DNA of 64,000 nt from a bacterium (GTDB lineage Bacteria > Cyanobacteriota > Vampirovibrionia > Gastranaerophilales > JAILCC01). How positions within the stretch are numbered: the stretch's first letter is position 1; every line of letters begins with the position of its first letter. The stretch lies in the NCBI GenBank assembly GCA_024680555.1, contig JAILCC010000018.1:49174-113173 (forward strand). Direction: 5' to 3'. The notes beneath the pieces are model-generated. The model saw nothing but the letters and a program-made list of their open reading frames with translations. It was not told the origin of the DNA and ran no database searches. This document shows positions 47,145-56,386 of this stretch, piece after piece. The position numbers and the translations under genes are program-made.

Positions 47145-47348
47145 ATGCCTAAAATGAAAACACATAGAGCAGGTGCAAAAAGATATAAAATCACTGCAAG
47201 CGGCAAAATTTTAAGATTAAAAGCAGGCAACAAGCACCTTTTGGCTCACAAAAGTGAACAAAGAAAAAGAAGATTGACAGGAATGCAAGAAATTTCAGTT
47301 TCCAACTTGGCAAAAGTTAAAGCTGAATTACCATACAGAAATAAATAA
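47145..47348 (+). CDS. rpmI: 50S ribosomal protein L35
   Basis: 'MPKMKTHRAGAKRYKITASGKILR' and the infC-rpmI-rplT order. Confidence 0.95.
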   Translation: MPKMKTHRAGAKRYKITASGKILRLKAGNKHLLAHKSEQRKRRLTGMQEISVSNLAKVKAELPYRNK

Positions 47349-47366
47349 TCAAGGAGTTAATAAATC

Positions 47367-47720
47367 ATGGCAAGAGTAAAACGTGGAAACGTATTAAAAA
47401 ACAGACACAGAAAAATATTGAAATTGGCTAAAAGCTTTATTGGCGCAAGAAGCCGAATTTTCAAAGTTGCAAATATTGCAGTTATGAAAGCATTGAAATA
47501 CCAATACAGAGACAGACGTAACAAAAAAAGATTTATGCGTCGTCTTTGGATTACAAGAATCAATGCTGCAGCAAGAGTTAATGGTTTAAGCTACAGCAGA
47601 TTAACAAATGCTCTTAAAAAAGCAAATGTTGCTATTAACAGAAAAATGTTGGCAGATGTTGCCGTCAGAGATGCAGCTGCATTTACAAAAATAGTTGAAG
47701 CAGCAAAAAAAGCTATATAG
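47367..47720 (+). CDS. rplT: 50S ribosomal protein L20
   Basis: '[29 protein letters not shown]...YRDRRNKKR'. Confidence 0.95.
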   Translation: MARVKRGNVLKNRHRKILKLAKSFIGARSRIFKVANIAVMKALKYQYRDRRNKKRFMRRLWITRINAAARVNGLSYSRLTNALKKANVAINRKMLADVAVRDAAAFTKIVEAAKKAI

Positions 47721-47746
47721 TTCTTTTAGGTTTACCATTGGAATAG

Positions 47747-47780
47747 AGAGGCAGAATAACACGTTTCTGCCTCTTCGTGT
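47747..47780 (+). terminator. Putative rplT terminator hairpin
   Basis: 10-bp stem AGAGGCAGAA/TTCTGCCTCT with an 8-nt loop. The T-tail is weak. Confidence 0.55.
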
Positions 47781-47836
47781 TGAAAAAATCTTTTCTTTAT
47801 TTAAAATCGATTGATGTTATAATAGTTGTGTTGGTT

Positions 47837-48949
47837 ATGAAAAAGGTTATATTTTTATTATTTTTTATATTCGTATTTTCTTTGCAGGCTTTTGCTGCGC
47901 CGGATAGTACCATTTCCGATATTATTGAAGGCGAAGTTATTGAACTTGATGAAAATGATGTAAACCAACCTTTAGAAGAAGTTCTTAAAGAAAATGAACC
48001 GTTGAAAGCCAAAATTTCTAATTTCTATACCTTTGATAAAGGGCTTTTAAGAATACATATAAACCAATATTTGAATTTCGATTTTGGCGCAATCGGTGAT
48101 GTTACTTGGTCTGTCAGTGATAGTGACCACGATTTGCATACCAAATATAAATTTCCCTCAACCGATTTTATTTTAACCGGAAAAATGAATGACCATGTTG
48201 ATTATAAAGTTCAAATGCGTGCGGAAAAGAATATTCGCAAAGAAACGATTTTTGGTGATGTTTGGGTGAGAGGAAAATACAAAAATTATACCGCTATGCT
48301 TGGACGTATGAGAAAGCCTTTTGCCGGCGAGCCGACACTGTCACCTTATGATATTGATTTTGCCACAAGAGCGCAAGTTGTAAGGCTTTTTGGTGACCAC
48401 AGAGATTCCGGCGGAAAAATAAGGGCAAGCTATAAGTGGGCAGATATTGACTTGGGGCTTTTTGCCGTTATGCAAAAGCATCCGTTCTGGTTTCACCATA
48501 AAGGGATTGAGTTTAATAGCCAATTAACTCTGAAACCCCTTGCTGAAAAGCCTGAATGGGGCGATTTAAGAGTGTCAGGCGGTATAGCCACAGGAAAACG
48601 AGATTTGGGTTATACAAATTACAACGGATATTTTATATATAAATACAAAAAGTTCGGGCTAAAGGGCGAATATATATACAAAGAGCCAACTTTTGATTCA
48701 GATAAAAAAGCAGATGGCTACTACTTTACCGGTACATATTTTTTGACTGACAAATTGCAGGCTGCGGTGAGATTTGACTCATATAACGGCGACAAAAGAC
48801 ACTCTCACAGATATACAAATGAATATACCGTTGGACTAAATTATTACTTGAACGGCTCAAACACTATGTTTGTACTGAATTATACATTTGTTGATGGAAT
48901 TATAAATACAAGCCGTATTGCCCTGCAAATGCGATACAAGACCTGGTAA
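47837..48949 (+). CDS. Putative outer-membrane beta-barrel porin
   Basis: Signal peptide MKKVIFLLFFIFVFSLQAFA|AP, alternating beta-strand pattern, aromatic C-terminus (…MRYKTW). Start moved to the ATG at 47837. Confidence 0.55.
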   Translation: MKKVIFLLFFIFVFSLQAFAAPDSTISDIIEGEVIELDENDVNQPLEEVLKENEPLKAKISNFYTFDKGLLRIHINQYLNFDFGAIGDVTWSVSDSDHDLHTKYKFPSTDFILTGKMNDHVDYKVQMRAEKNIRKETIFGDVWVRGKYKNYTAMLGRMRKPFAGEPTLSPYDIDFATRAQVVRLFGDHRDSGGKIRASYKWADIDLGLFAVMQKHPFWFHHKGIEFNSQLTLKPLAEKPEWGDLRVSGGIATGKRDLGYTNYNGYFIYKYKKFGLKGEYIYKEPTFDSDKKADGYYFTGTYFLTDKLQAAVRFDSYNGDKRHSHRYTNEYTVGLNYYLNGSNTMFVLNYTFVDGIINTSRIALQMRYKTW

Positions 48950-48961
48950 TGAGAGTTGATG

Positions 48962-49516
48962 TTATCTGTTTATCATATCCCAAAACGCTCTTTTTTGGTA
49001 TTCAAGATTTTTAGACCTTTTAATTATGTGCTCTTGTGGCAGTGAAACCTTAAAACCAAAACGCACTTTTTTGTTCAATGCAAAATAATTTTGATTCTTT
49101 AAAAATTCAGATAAATCGCCGAATGTTCGTATTCTTCCTTCTTTGAACTCTTCAAATGCCGCAGCTAATATGCTTCTGTGTATTCCGCTATTGCAATGAA
49201 CAAAGGTTCTGCCACTATTATTCCCCTGAACAAGAGAATGAATTCGTTCAAAACTGTCTGATATTAGGGGATGTCTGTCTCTAAGCTCCATCGGGATGTT
49301 GGCATAATCCAAACCGAGAAGTTTGCAGAATATGAACTCTTTTAGCTTTTTAAAAGGTCGTCCGTTTCTCAAGTCAATAACTCTGCTAACGTATTCTTCA
49401 TTTCGTAGTTGGCGAAAACTTGCAAAATCTTGTTTTGCACCAACAATAAGTTTTTCGGATATGCGGCGTGTACCTGAGGGAAGTGCGCCGAAAGAAACGT
49501 TAGAAACCATGGTCAT
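48962..49516 (-). CDS. Dual-specificity / Cys-based protein phosphatase-like protein
   Basis: CX5R active-site loop 'HCNSGIHRS'. Confidence 0.7.
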   Translation of the reverse strand: MTMVSNVSFGALPSGTRRISEKLIVGAKQDFASFRQLRNEEYVSRVIDLRNGRPFKKLKEFIFCKLLGLDYANIPMELRDRHPLISDSFERIHSLVQGNNSGRTFVHCNSGIHRSILAAAFEEFKEGRIRTFGDLSEFLKNQNYFALNKKVRFGFKVSLPQEHIIKRSKNLEYQKRAFWDMINR

Positions 49517-49554
49517 CTCCTAAACTGTATTAAAGGCGGCGGAAAAAAATTTTG

Positions 49555-50283
49555 CTATTTTACTGCGGATTTAAGCAGTAAATCAGATAAGTATTTTGCT
49601 CCGTCAAAATCAAGTGCGGCAAGTTTTTTTGCCGATGTGTTTACGTCAAAGTCAATAAATTTATGTTCAACAGAGAAACTGTTTTCCTTTTCTTCATCAA
49701 TTTCCAAAACAACGAAGCACGCTTTTTGATTTTCCGTAAATGGGCGTCCGACGCTGCCGACATTGACAACTGTTTGATTTTCTATTTGATATCCCGCAGG
49801 AAGATGTGTATGTCCGCACAAAATCAATGCCTCGCTTGTTCCCGATATCATTGGTTTTATTTCTTCTGTTGATTTTGCAGGCAAAATATTTTCATCATTT
49901 TTTCTCGGTGAACCATGCACCATAAGGATGGAGGTATTCCCGATTTTTATTGATTTTGTTTGCGGAAGAAGTTTTAAGTATGCTTTATTTTCTTCACTTA
50001 AAACTTTTTTTGCATAAAGAATTGAGTTTTTAGCGAAATCGGGTACATTTGGAAGTTCGTCATTAACAATAAAGAGGTCGGTATTGCCCTGAATGATATC
50101 AACATCATATTTTGATGCCAAATTCCTTACAAAATTTATTGTTTCATTTGGCTCAGCCCCCATAAGAGCCAAATCGCCAAGGATTAAGAGTCTTTTTATT
50201 TCTAAAAAATCGATATCTTCAAGGACCGCCCCGAGAGCTTCCATGTTTCCGTGAATATCAGACAATACACCAACTTTTATCAT
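49555..50283 (-). CDS. Metallophosphoesterase (YfcE/MJ0936-like)
   Basis: 'VLSDIHGN', 'GDLALMG', 'GNTD', 'VHGSP' and 'GHTH' motifs. Confidence 0.8.
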   Translation of the reverse strand: MIKVGVLSDIHGNMEALGAVLEDIDFLEIKRLLILGDLALMGAEPNETINFVRNLASKYDVDIIQGNTDLFIVNDELPNVPDFAKNSILYAKKVLSEENKAYLKLLPQTKSIKIGNTSILMVHGSPRKNDENILPAKSTEEIKPMISGTSEALILCGHTHLPAGYQIENQTVVNVGSVGRPFTENQKACFVVLEIDEEKENSFSVEHKFIDFDVNTSAKKLAALDFDGAKYLSDLLLKSAVK

Positions 50284-50330
50284 CGTTATTTCCTTTTTGT
50301 GCTAACATTCTTATTATAAAGGAAAAAATT

Positions 50331-51380
50331 ATGAAACAAAGACGACAAACAAAAAAAATAAATATCGGAGGGGTAGAAATCGGAGGAAATGCACCGATTA
50401 GCGTTCAATCTATGTGCAACACCGATACTCGTGATGTCAAAGCCACTGTTCGTCAAATTAATGAACTTACTGATGCAGGGTGCGAGCTTATCAGGGTTGC
50501 GGTTCTCGACAAAGAAGCTGCGCAGGCGATAGGTGCTATAAAAAAACAAATCAAGATACCGATTATTGCGGATATTCATTTTGATTACAGACTCGCAATC
50601 GAGGCTATAGAACAGGGTGTTGATGCGCTCCGCCTTAACCCCGGTAACATAGGCAGGCGTGAATTTGTTGAAAAAGTTACGACTTTGGCAAAAGAAAGAC
50701 AAATCCCCATTAGGATAGGCATAAATACAGGTTCTTTAGAAAAGGAAGTCCAAAAACTCGACCTGACCTTGCCCGAAAAAATGGTTTTAAGTGCCAAAAA
50801 ACATATAGAAATTCTTGAAAGCCTTGATTTCGATTTGATAAAAGTGTCATTGAAGTCATCCAATGTCCCTACTATGATTGAGGCTTATGAACTTTTATCG
50901 AAAGAAATTGATTATCCTTTGCATTTAGGCGTTACCGAGGCAGGTACAATGAGAGGCGGACTTATAAAGTCGGCAGTTGGCATAGGAACGCTTTTGAGTG
51001 AAGGCATAGGCGATACAATAAGAGTTTCGCTTACTGAAAACCCAATAGAGGAAGTCTATGCAGGGTTTGAAATATTAAAATCTTTGAATTTACGTAAAAA
51101 AGGCATAAATTTTGTAAGCTGCCCTACTTGCGGAAGATGCAAATATGACCTCATAGGACTTGCAAAAAAAGTCGAAGATAAATTCAAAAATGTAGATAAG
51201 CCAATAACTCTTGCCGTTATGGGGTGTCCCGTCAACGGTCCGGGGGAAGCAAAAAATGCAGATATCGGGGTAGCTGGCGGTGAAGGGTTTGTTTATATTT
51301 TCAAAAAAGGCGAAATTATAGCCAAAAGTCCCGAGAACGAAGTCCTCGGAACTTTGGAAAAACTTATTGAAGAGATGTAA
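50331..51380 (+). CDS. ispG: 4-hydroxy-3-methylbut-2-enyl-diphosphate synthase
   Basis: 'ISVQSMCNTDTRD', 'RINPGN'-like 'RLNPGNIG', C-terminal Fe-S Cys 'SCPTCGRC...GCPVNGPGE'. Confidence 0.95.
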   Translation: MKQRRQTKKINIGGVEIGGNAPISVQSMCNTDTRDVKATVRQINELTDAGCELIRVAVLDKEAAQAIGAIKKQIKIPIIADIHFDYRLAIEAIEQGVDALRLNPGNIGRREFVEKVTTLAKERQIPIRIGINTGSLEKEVQKLDLTLPEKMVLSAKKHIEILESLDFDLIKVSLKSSNVPTMIEAYELLSKEIDYPLHLGVTEAGTMRGGLIKSAVGIGTLLSEGIGDTIRVSLTENPIEEVYAGFEILKSLNLRKKGINFVSCPTCGRCKYDLIGLAKKVEDKFKNVDKPITLAVMGCPVNGPGEAKNADIGVAGGEGFVYIFKKGEIIAKSPENEVLGTLEKLIEEM

Positions 51381-51383
51381 ATT

Positions 51384-54182
51384 TTACGCATTTTTATTTG
51401 CGCCGCAACATTTTTTATACTTTAAACCGCTTCCGCATGGGCAGGGATCATTTCTGCCAATTTTCTTTCCGTCAAATTCTTCTCTTAAATTGGCTTGATT
51501 TTGCTGCTGAGTAAAGTCTTGTGCCCCCCTTGTCAGACCTGTTTCGATTTCCTTTTCCTGTGCAATATCTGCAAGTTGTACATCAAATTTTGTTCTGAAT
51601 AAATATGTTACGGTTTCGGTTTTAATGCTTTGCATCATAGCGTTAAACATCTTGAACGCTTCGTTTTTGTATTCAATAAGCGGATCTTTTTGACCGTAAG
51701 CACGAAGATTTATGCCGTCACGAAGCGCATCTATTCCGTGCAAATGGTCAATCCATTTATCATCAATAACGTGAAGTAGAATGTCACGTTCAACGTTACG
51801 CATAATGTTATCTTTCTCAAACGGATTTTGGAGAGCACCTCCTTCTGCACGAATAGCACTGTTATAAAAATTAACTATGCCAGTTTCATGCTCTTTGTAT
51901 GCTTCTTTTGCCCTTTTTATTATTTCTTCTTCAAGTGCAGTAAATTTCATTCCTCGCATTTCAATTACATCAATCGTGCATATTGGCGGGAATGTGGCAA
52001 GCAAGGACCTGTTGAGATTGAGGAAGTCTTCTGCATCCGCACCTTTAATCATATTGTCACCGTCAAAGTAGTTGTGCAATATGCGTTTTGCTTCGCTTTC
52101 AACCATAAATATAATATCTGAATACAGATTGTCGCCCTCAAGAACCTTGCGGCGTTGTTCGTAGAATATCTTACGTTGATTATTCATAACGTCGTCGTAT
52201 TCTATGACAGACTTTCTTATGTCAAAGTGGTAAACTTCGACTTTCTTTTGTGCTGATTGAATTTGTTTTGTGATAATAGGGTTTTCTATCGGCATATCGG
52301 CAGGAATATTAAACGTATCCATAATACGCATAATCTTTTCGCCGCCAAAAATTCTCATTAAGTCGTCTTCCAATGAAAGGAAAAATCTCGTTGAACCCAA
52401 GTCGCCCTGACGTGCGGCACGACCTCTGAGCTGGTTATCAATACGTCTCGATTCGTGTCTTTCTGTACCGATGACGTGCAAGCCGCCTGCTTGTACAACT
52501 TTTTCGTGTTCCTCATCGGTTACCCTGTATGCCTCTTGAAGAACATCTTCTTTTATTTTTTCATAATCGGGCATATCCTTGGTTATGCCTCGTTCTTCAA
52601 GTATGGTTTTTGCCAAATATTCGGGGTTGCCGCCCAATAAAATATCGGTACCACGACCTGCCATGTTTGTTGCAATGGTTATGGCTCCGAGTCTTCCTGC
52701 TTGTGCAATAATCATAGCTTCCTTTTCGTGCTGCTTTGCGTTTAAAACATTGTGTTCTAAACCTCGTTTTGTTAATAACGATGACAAATATTCGGATTTT
52801 TCAATACTAATTGTACCAACCAAGCACGGTCTGCCTTTTTTGTGTTCTGCTTCGATTTCGTCAACAACCGCATCATATTTGATTTTAGCGGTTTTATAAA
52901 TAACATCGGAGTAGTCAATACGGACATCCTTGCGGTTTGTCGGAATACAAGTAACCTCAAGGTTGTATATCTTGCCGAATTCCGCTTCTTCCGTAACTGC
53001 CGTACCTGTCATACCTGCGAGTTTCGGATAAAGTCTGAACAGGTTTTGGAAAGTGATACTTGCAAGAGTTTGTGTTTCATCTTGAATTTTTACGCCCTCT
53101 TTTGCTTCAATAGCCTGATGAAGTCCGTCAGACCAGCGGCGACCTTCCATAAGACGACCTGTAAACTCATCAACAATCATAATTTGACCGTCTTTTACAA
53201 TGTAGTCGGTATCTTTTATGAACAGTTCTTTTGCCCTCAAAGCTTGTACAAGATAGTGAGCATATTGAGTTTGCGGGTCATAAAGGTCTGTTACACCTAG
53301 CATTTCGCACGCTTTGTCGATACCTTCTTCGTTCAAAACGATATTTTTATTTTTTTCTTCAATAGTGTAATCTACCGGCGCATGAAGTTTCGGTGCAATT
53401 TTTGCCATTGCAATATAAGTATCAGCTGACTTGTTTAACCTGCCGCTAATGATAAGTGGAGTTCTGGCTTCATCTATAAGGATACTGTCAACTTCATCTA
53501 TGATGGCATAGTTATATGGTCTTTGGGTGCATTGCTCAATGCTTGCAGCCATATTGTCACGCAAATAATCAAAGCCGAACTCGTTATTTGTTCCGTATGT
53601 TATATCACAAGCGTAAGCTGCTTTTTTGCGTTCAAATTCGTTTTCGCCTCTGTCGTTGGAAAGAACGACACCAACGCTCAAGCCTAAAAACTTATAAATT
53701 CTGCCCATCCACTCTGCGTCACGTTTTGCAAGGTAATCGTTAACGGTTACAACGTGGACACCCTTGCCTGTAAGTGCGTTGAGGTAACACGGTAAAGTTG
53801 CAACAAGTGTTTTACCTTCACCTGTACGCATTTCAGCAATTTGACCTTTGTGAAGAAAAATACCGCCAATCAATTGAACATCAAAGTGGCGCATGTTCAA
53901 AACTCTTTTTCCTGCCTCACGAACAACTGCAAAAGCTTCAGGCAAAAGATAATCTAATTCTTCCTGTTCAAGTTTGTAGTCAGTTTTTTTATCTTTTGAT
54001 TTTTTACGTTTTGCTAATCTTTCTTTAAATTCATCCGTCTTGGCTCTCAATTCTTCATCCGATAATGCTGCCATAATCGGCTCAAGCTTGTTTATTTGGT
54101 CAACTATCGGCATAATCGTCTTGATTTTTCTTTCGTTCGGATCGCCAAGTATATTTAACAAAAATTCAATAAAATTTGACAT
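51384..54182 (-). CDS. secA: Preprotein translocase ATPase SecA
   Basis: '[10 protein letters not shown]', DEAD-like '[20 protein letters not shown]', C-terminal zinc motif '[14 protein letters not shown]'. Confidence 0.97.
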   Translation of the reverse strand: MSNFIEFLLNILGDPNERKIKTIMPIVDQINKLEPIMAALSDEELRAKTDEFKERLAKRKKSKDKKTDYKLEQEELDYLLPEAFAVVREAGKRVLNMRHFDVQLIGGIFLHKGQIAEMRTGEGKTLVATLPCYLNALTGKGVHVVTVNDYLAKRDAEWMGRIYKFLGLSVGVVLSNDRGENEFERKKAAYACDITYGTNNEFGFDYLRDNMAASIEQCTQRPYNYAIIDEVDSILIDEARTPLIISGRLNKSADTYIAMAKIAPKLHAPVDYTIEEKNKNIVLNEEGIDKACEMLGVTDLYDPQTQYAHYLVQALRAKELFIKDTDYIVKDGQIMIVDEFTGRLMEGRRWSDGLHQAIEAKEGVKIQDETQTLASITFQNLFRLYPKLAGMTGTAVTEEAEFGKIYNLEVTCIPTNRKDVRIDYSDVIYKTAKIKYDAVVDEIEAEHKKGRPCLVGTISIEKSEYLSSLLTKRGLEHNVLNAKQHEKEAMIIAQAGRLGAITIATNMAGRGTDILLGGNPEYLAKTILEERGITKDMPDYEKIKEDVLQEAYRVTDEEHEKVVQAGGLHVIGTERHESRRIDNQLRGRAARQGDLGSTRFFLSLEDDLMRIFGGEKIMRIMDTFNIPADMPIENPIITKQIQSAQKKVEVYHFDIRKSVIEYDDVMNNQRKIFYEQRRKVLEGDNLYSDIIFMVESEAKRILHNYFDGDNMIKGADAEDFLNLNRSLLATFPPICTIDVIEMRGMKFTALEEEIIKRAKEAYKEHETGIVNFYNSAIRAEGGALQNPFEKDNIMRNVERDILLHVIDDKWIDHLHGIDALRDGINLRAYGQKDPLIEYKNEAFKMFNAMMQSIKTETVTYLFRTKFDVQLADIAQEKEIETGLTRGAQDFTQQQNQANLREEFDGKKIGRNDPCPCGSGLKYKKCCGANKNA

Positions 54183-54292
54183 TTAACCTAACTCCTCTAA
54201 GTACAAATATTTTAGCATAAAAAATATGAAAGTTTGTATATTAGTTTTTATGCACAACAATATTATGTGATAAGATTATAGTGTAAAAGCAA

Positions 54293-54379
54293 GGAGAAGT
54301 GTCCGAGCGGTTTAAGGTGACGACCTCGAAAGTCGTTGTAGGGGTGACTCTACCGTGGGTTCGAATCCCACCTTCTCCG
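54293..54379 (+). tRNA. tRNA-Ser (anticodon CGA), type II with long variable arm
   Basis: Hand fold: acceptor GGAGAAG/CTTCTCC, anticodon stem ACGAC/GTCGT with loop CTCGAAA, T-arm GTGGG-TTCGAAT-CCCAC. No encoded CCA. Confidence 0.9.
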
Positions 54380-54392
54380 AATTAAAATATAG

Positions 54393-54425
54393 TAAAAAAA
54401 GACCACCGTTGCCGATGGTCTTTTA
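54393..54425. terminator. Bidirectional hairpin between convergent tRNA-Ser and tRNA-Pro
   Basis: Stem AGACCACCG/CGATGGTCT (one mismatch) flanked by an A7 run and a T4 run. Confidence 0.7.
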
Positions 54426-54427
54426 AA

Positions 54428-54504
54428 TGGTCGGAACGACAGGATTTGAACCTGCGACCCCCACCACCCCAAGGTGGTGCGCTACCAAGCTGCGCTACGT
54501 CCCG
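54428..54504 (-). tRNA. tRNA-Pro (anticodon GGG), CCA encoded
   Basis: Reverse complement: CGGGACG TA GCGC AGCTTGGTA GCGC A CCACC TTGGGGT GGTGG GGGTC GCAGG TTCAAAT CCTGT CGTTCCG A CCA. Confidence 0.9.
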
Positions 54505-54556
54505 ATATAATTTTATTATACTATCATTATGAAATTTTCAAACATTACTCTGCTTT

Positions 54557-54623
54557 ACCAAGGTGGTGCTACCTCTCGAAAAACGATACTTAATCGTTTT
54601 TCTCGGCAGAGTCAAGCTGCGCT
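54557..54623 (-). pseudogene. tRNA-Pro 5'-half fragment split by a 40-nt hairpin-containing insert
   Basis: ACCAAGGTGGTGCTACC (54557-54573) and AAGCTGCGCT (54614-54623) match tRNA-Pro 54468-54497. The insert carries a perfect 10-bp hairpin GAAAAACGAT/ATCGTTTTTC. Confidence 0.55.
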
Positions 54624-54718
54624 TTCTACCATTTATACATATTTATTTTTCAACTGTACCCCGCAGGGCGGTGCTACGCACGTAAGTATAATACCATAAC
54701 AAGACTTTATTGCAAGAT

Positions 54719-55960
54719 TTAAAATGTATCGCTTCTCCTCAACGACAAAACATATATTTTTTTTAAACGTTCGATATATGCATCTTGTGCTTTTATTTGT
54801 TCGGGAGAAACTCCTTGAGCTATCAATTTTCTTTTGAGTTGTTCGGCATCAACTAAAAACCACCTTACTCTTGCGGGCGGTTCGTTAAGAAGAATCTCCT
54901 CAATTCTTTTCGCTTTATTATGCTTTTTATGTCCGACTTTTTGTAGAGTCGGAGAGGCTTGTACTTGGGGAGCTGTTCCCCTTTTGAATGGGTTATATCT
55001 ATTCAAATTTAAAATTCTTTTGCCGTGAGTTGCTTCAGCAACCAGACGTTGAATAATTTGGGGATAATCACCCTGTCCGTTCAAATGTCCATTTGCTAAG
55101 CAGGTTATAATTTTGTCTAGCTGCCTTTGAATGTTGGAATACATGTTTGGAAACAGGTAAAATAAACTTGAAAATGGTGCATATTCACTTGCTGTTGCGC
55201 ATGGTCGGCAAACAAAAATCCCGTGCTCGTCTTTTGGATTTATAAGTTTTTTCGTCGGAGTAACAGAATTTAAAAGTTCTTGCATAATATGGGCATCAGA
55301 TTTGCCTGCCATCTGTAAAATCGCAAAATCAGGACAGGCGGGGAATGTCTGGAATTTTTTAGTGCATTCTTGTATTGTTGCTGTTGCATCTATACCTGCT
55401 TCGGATTGAAAATCAGCGTAATTTTTTGCTATCAAATATTTTTTTACTTTATCCGGAAAATTTCCTATGCTGATATTTACGGCTTTTTTATGAAACTCAG
55501 CCAGTTTTTCTTTTTGCTCGGGGGTAAGTTTAAGATTTTCCTCCATAAATTCAAATATCTGCTTGTTGGCAATATAGCCTTTTTCGTAGTATTCACGGCT
55601 TTTTTGCAGGTGGTGAGTCATGACTTCAGGCTTGGCAAATATTTCGCCGAAGCTTTTATCGGGGTACTTTCCGGCATAAATTTCCATCGTTGAAAGCAAA
55701 TCGGTATTATTGGGTTTTTGGAAATATACAGCATCAATATAGCGAGAGATGCTTTGCCTTGCGGGCATGCTCGTGTCCTGTCTGCCAAAACGGCTAACAA
55801 AGTTATCAATTTCTCCCATTCTGTACATAGGTATGCCGCACATGGCGCATCTGAGCCCTGCAAGATTGGTGAATTGTATAACTCTATGTCCGAATGTATT
55901 TTTTGTTACCCCTAATATTTCCATACTCATTTTAAATATCATAAAAAAAATTTTTGACAT
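54719..55960 (-). CDS. Orphan hypothetical protein (about 413 aa; start uncertain)
   Basis: Long uninterrupted ORF with two distant CxxC pairs (CAMC, CRPC) and a basic C-terminal region. No recognisable domain. The track's N-terminal 24 codons run into the tRNA-fragment repeat, so I trimmed to ATG 55960. No clear RBS at any candidate start. Confidence 0.55.
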   Translation of the reverse strand: MSKIFFMIFKMSMEILGVTKNTFGHRVIQFTNLAGLRCAMCGIPMYRMGEIDNFVSRFGRQDTSMPARQSISRYIDAVYFQKPNNTDLLSTMEIYAGKYPDKSFGEIFAKPEVMTHHLQKSREYYEKGYIANKQIFEFMEENLKLTPEQKEKLAEFHKKAVNISIGNFPDKVKKYLIAKNYADFQSEAGIDATATIQECTKKFQTFPACPDFAILQMAGKSDAHIMQELLNSVTPTKKLINPKDEHGIFVCRPCATASEYAPFSSLFYLFPNMYSNIQRQLDKIITCLANGHLNGQGDYPQIIQRLVAEATHGKRILNLNRYNPFKRGTAPQVQASPTLQKVGHKKHNKAKRIEEILLNEPPARVRWFLVDAEQLKRKLIAQGVSPEQIKAQDAYIERLKKIYVLSLRRSDTF

Positions 55961-56006
55961 AACGCTTGTATTGTTTGTATTTTTACGATACATTAAAAAC
56001 AGTTTA

Positions 56007-56277
56007 GGGTGATTAGCGCCAAACCGGAGCAAAGCGGAGGTATATAGATTAAACCAACTGCGCTACAGAAAATAAAATTTGAAAACAGAATAATCGGGCG
56101 ATTAGCGCCAAACCGGAGCGCAGCGGAGGTATTTAGATTAAACCAACTGCGCGAGCGATAAATGAAAAATTTTGATAATTTAATATGGGCGATTAGCGCC
56201 AAACCGAAGCGCAGCGGAGGTATTTAGATTAAACCAACTGCGCGAGCGATAAATGAAGAATTTTGATAATTTAATAT
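56007..56277 (+). repeat. Three tandem units (89, 91 and 91 bp), each starting with the first 13 nt of tRNA-Val, immediately upstream of the intact gene
   Basis: Unit starts at 56007, 56096 and 56187; the tRNA starts at 56278. Each 57-nt core = GGG(C/T)GATTAGCGC + 32 nt + AACCAACTGCGC (an inverted copy of tRNA nt 10-21). An AT-rich spacer carries GATAAT 7 nt before the next unit. Confidence 0.9.
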
Positions 56278-56353
56278 GGGCGATTAGCGCAGTTGGTAGC
56301 GCATCTGAATGACATTCAGGGGGTCACAGGTTCGAGCCCTGTATCGCCCACCA
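56278..56353 (+). tRNA. tRNA-Val (anticodon GAC), CCA encoded
   Basis: Hand fold: GGGCGAT TA GCGC AGTTGGTA GCGC A TCTGA ATGACAT TCAGG GGGTC ACAGG TTCGAGC CCTGT ATCGCCC A CCA. Confidence 0.9.
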
Positions 56354-56358
56354 TATTA

Positions 56359-56386
56359 AAGAGGGTTAAGTACCCTCTTTTTTTAT
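56359..56386 (+). terminator. tRNA-Val intrinsic terminator
   Basis: Stem AAGAGGG/CCCTCTT, 7-nt loop, T7 run. Confidence 0.85.

Noticed and set aside
55961-56202. N-terminal extension of ORF 54719..56032 and ORF 55993..56202(-)
   Set aside because: Both are open only because they traverse the tRNA-Val stub repeats (for example 'LRFGANHP' is the stub translated in reverse). There are no translation signals.
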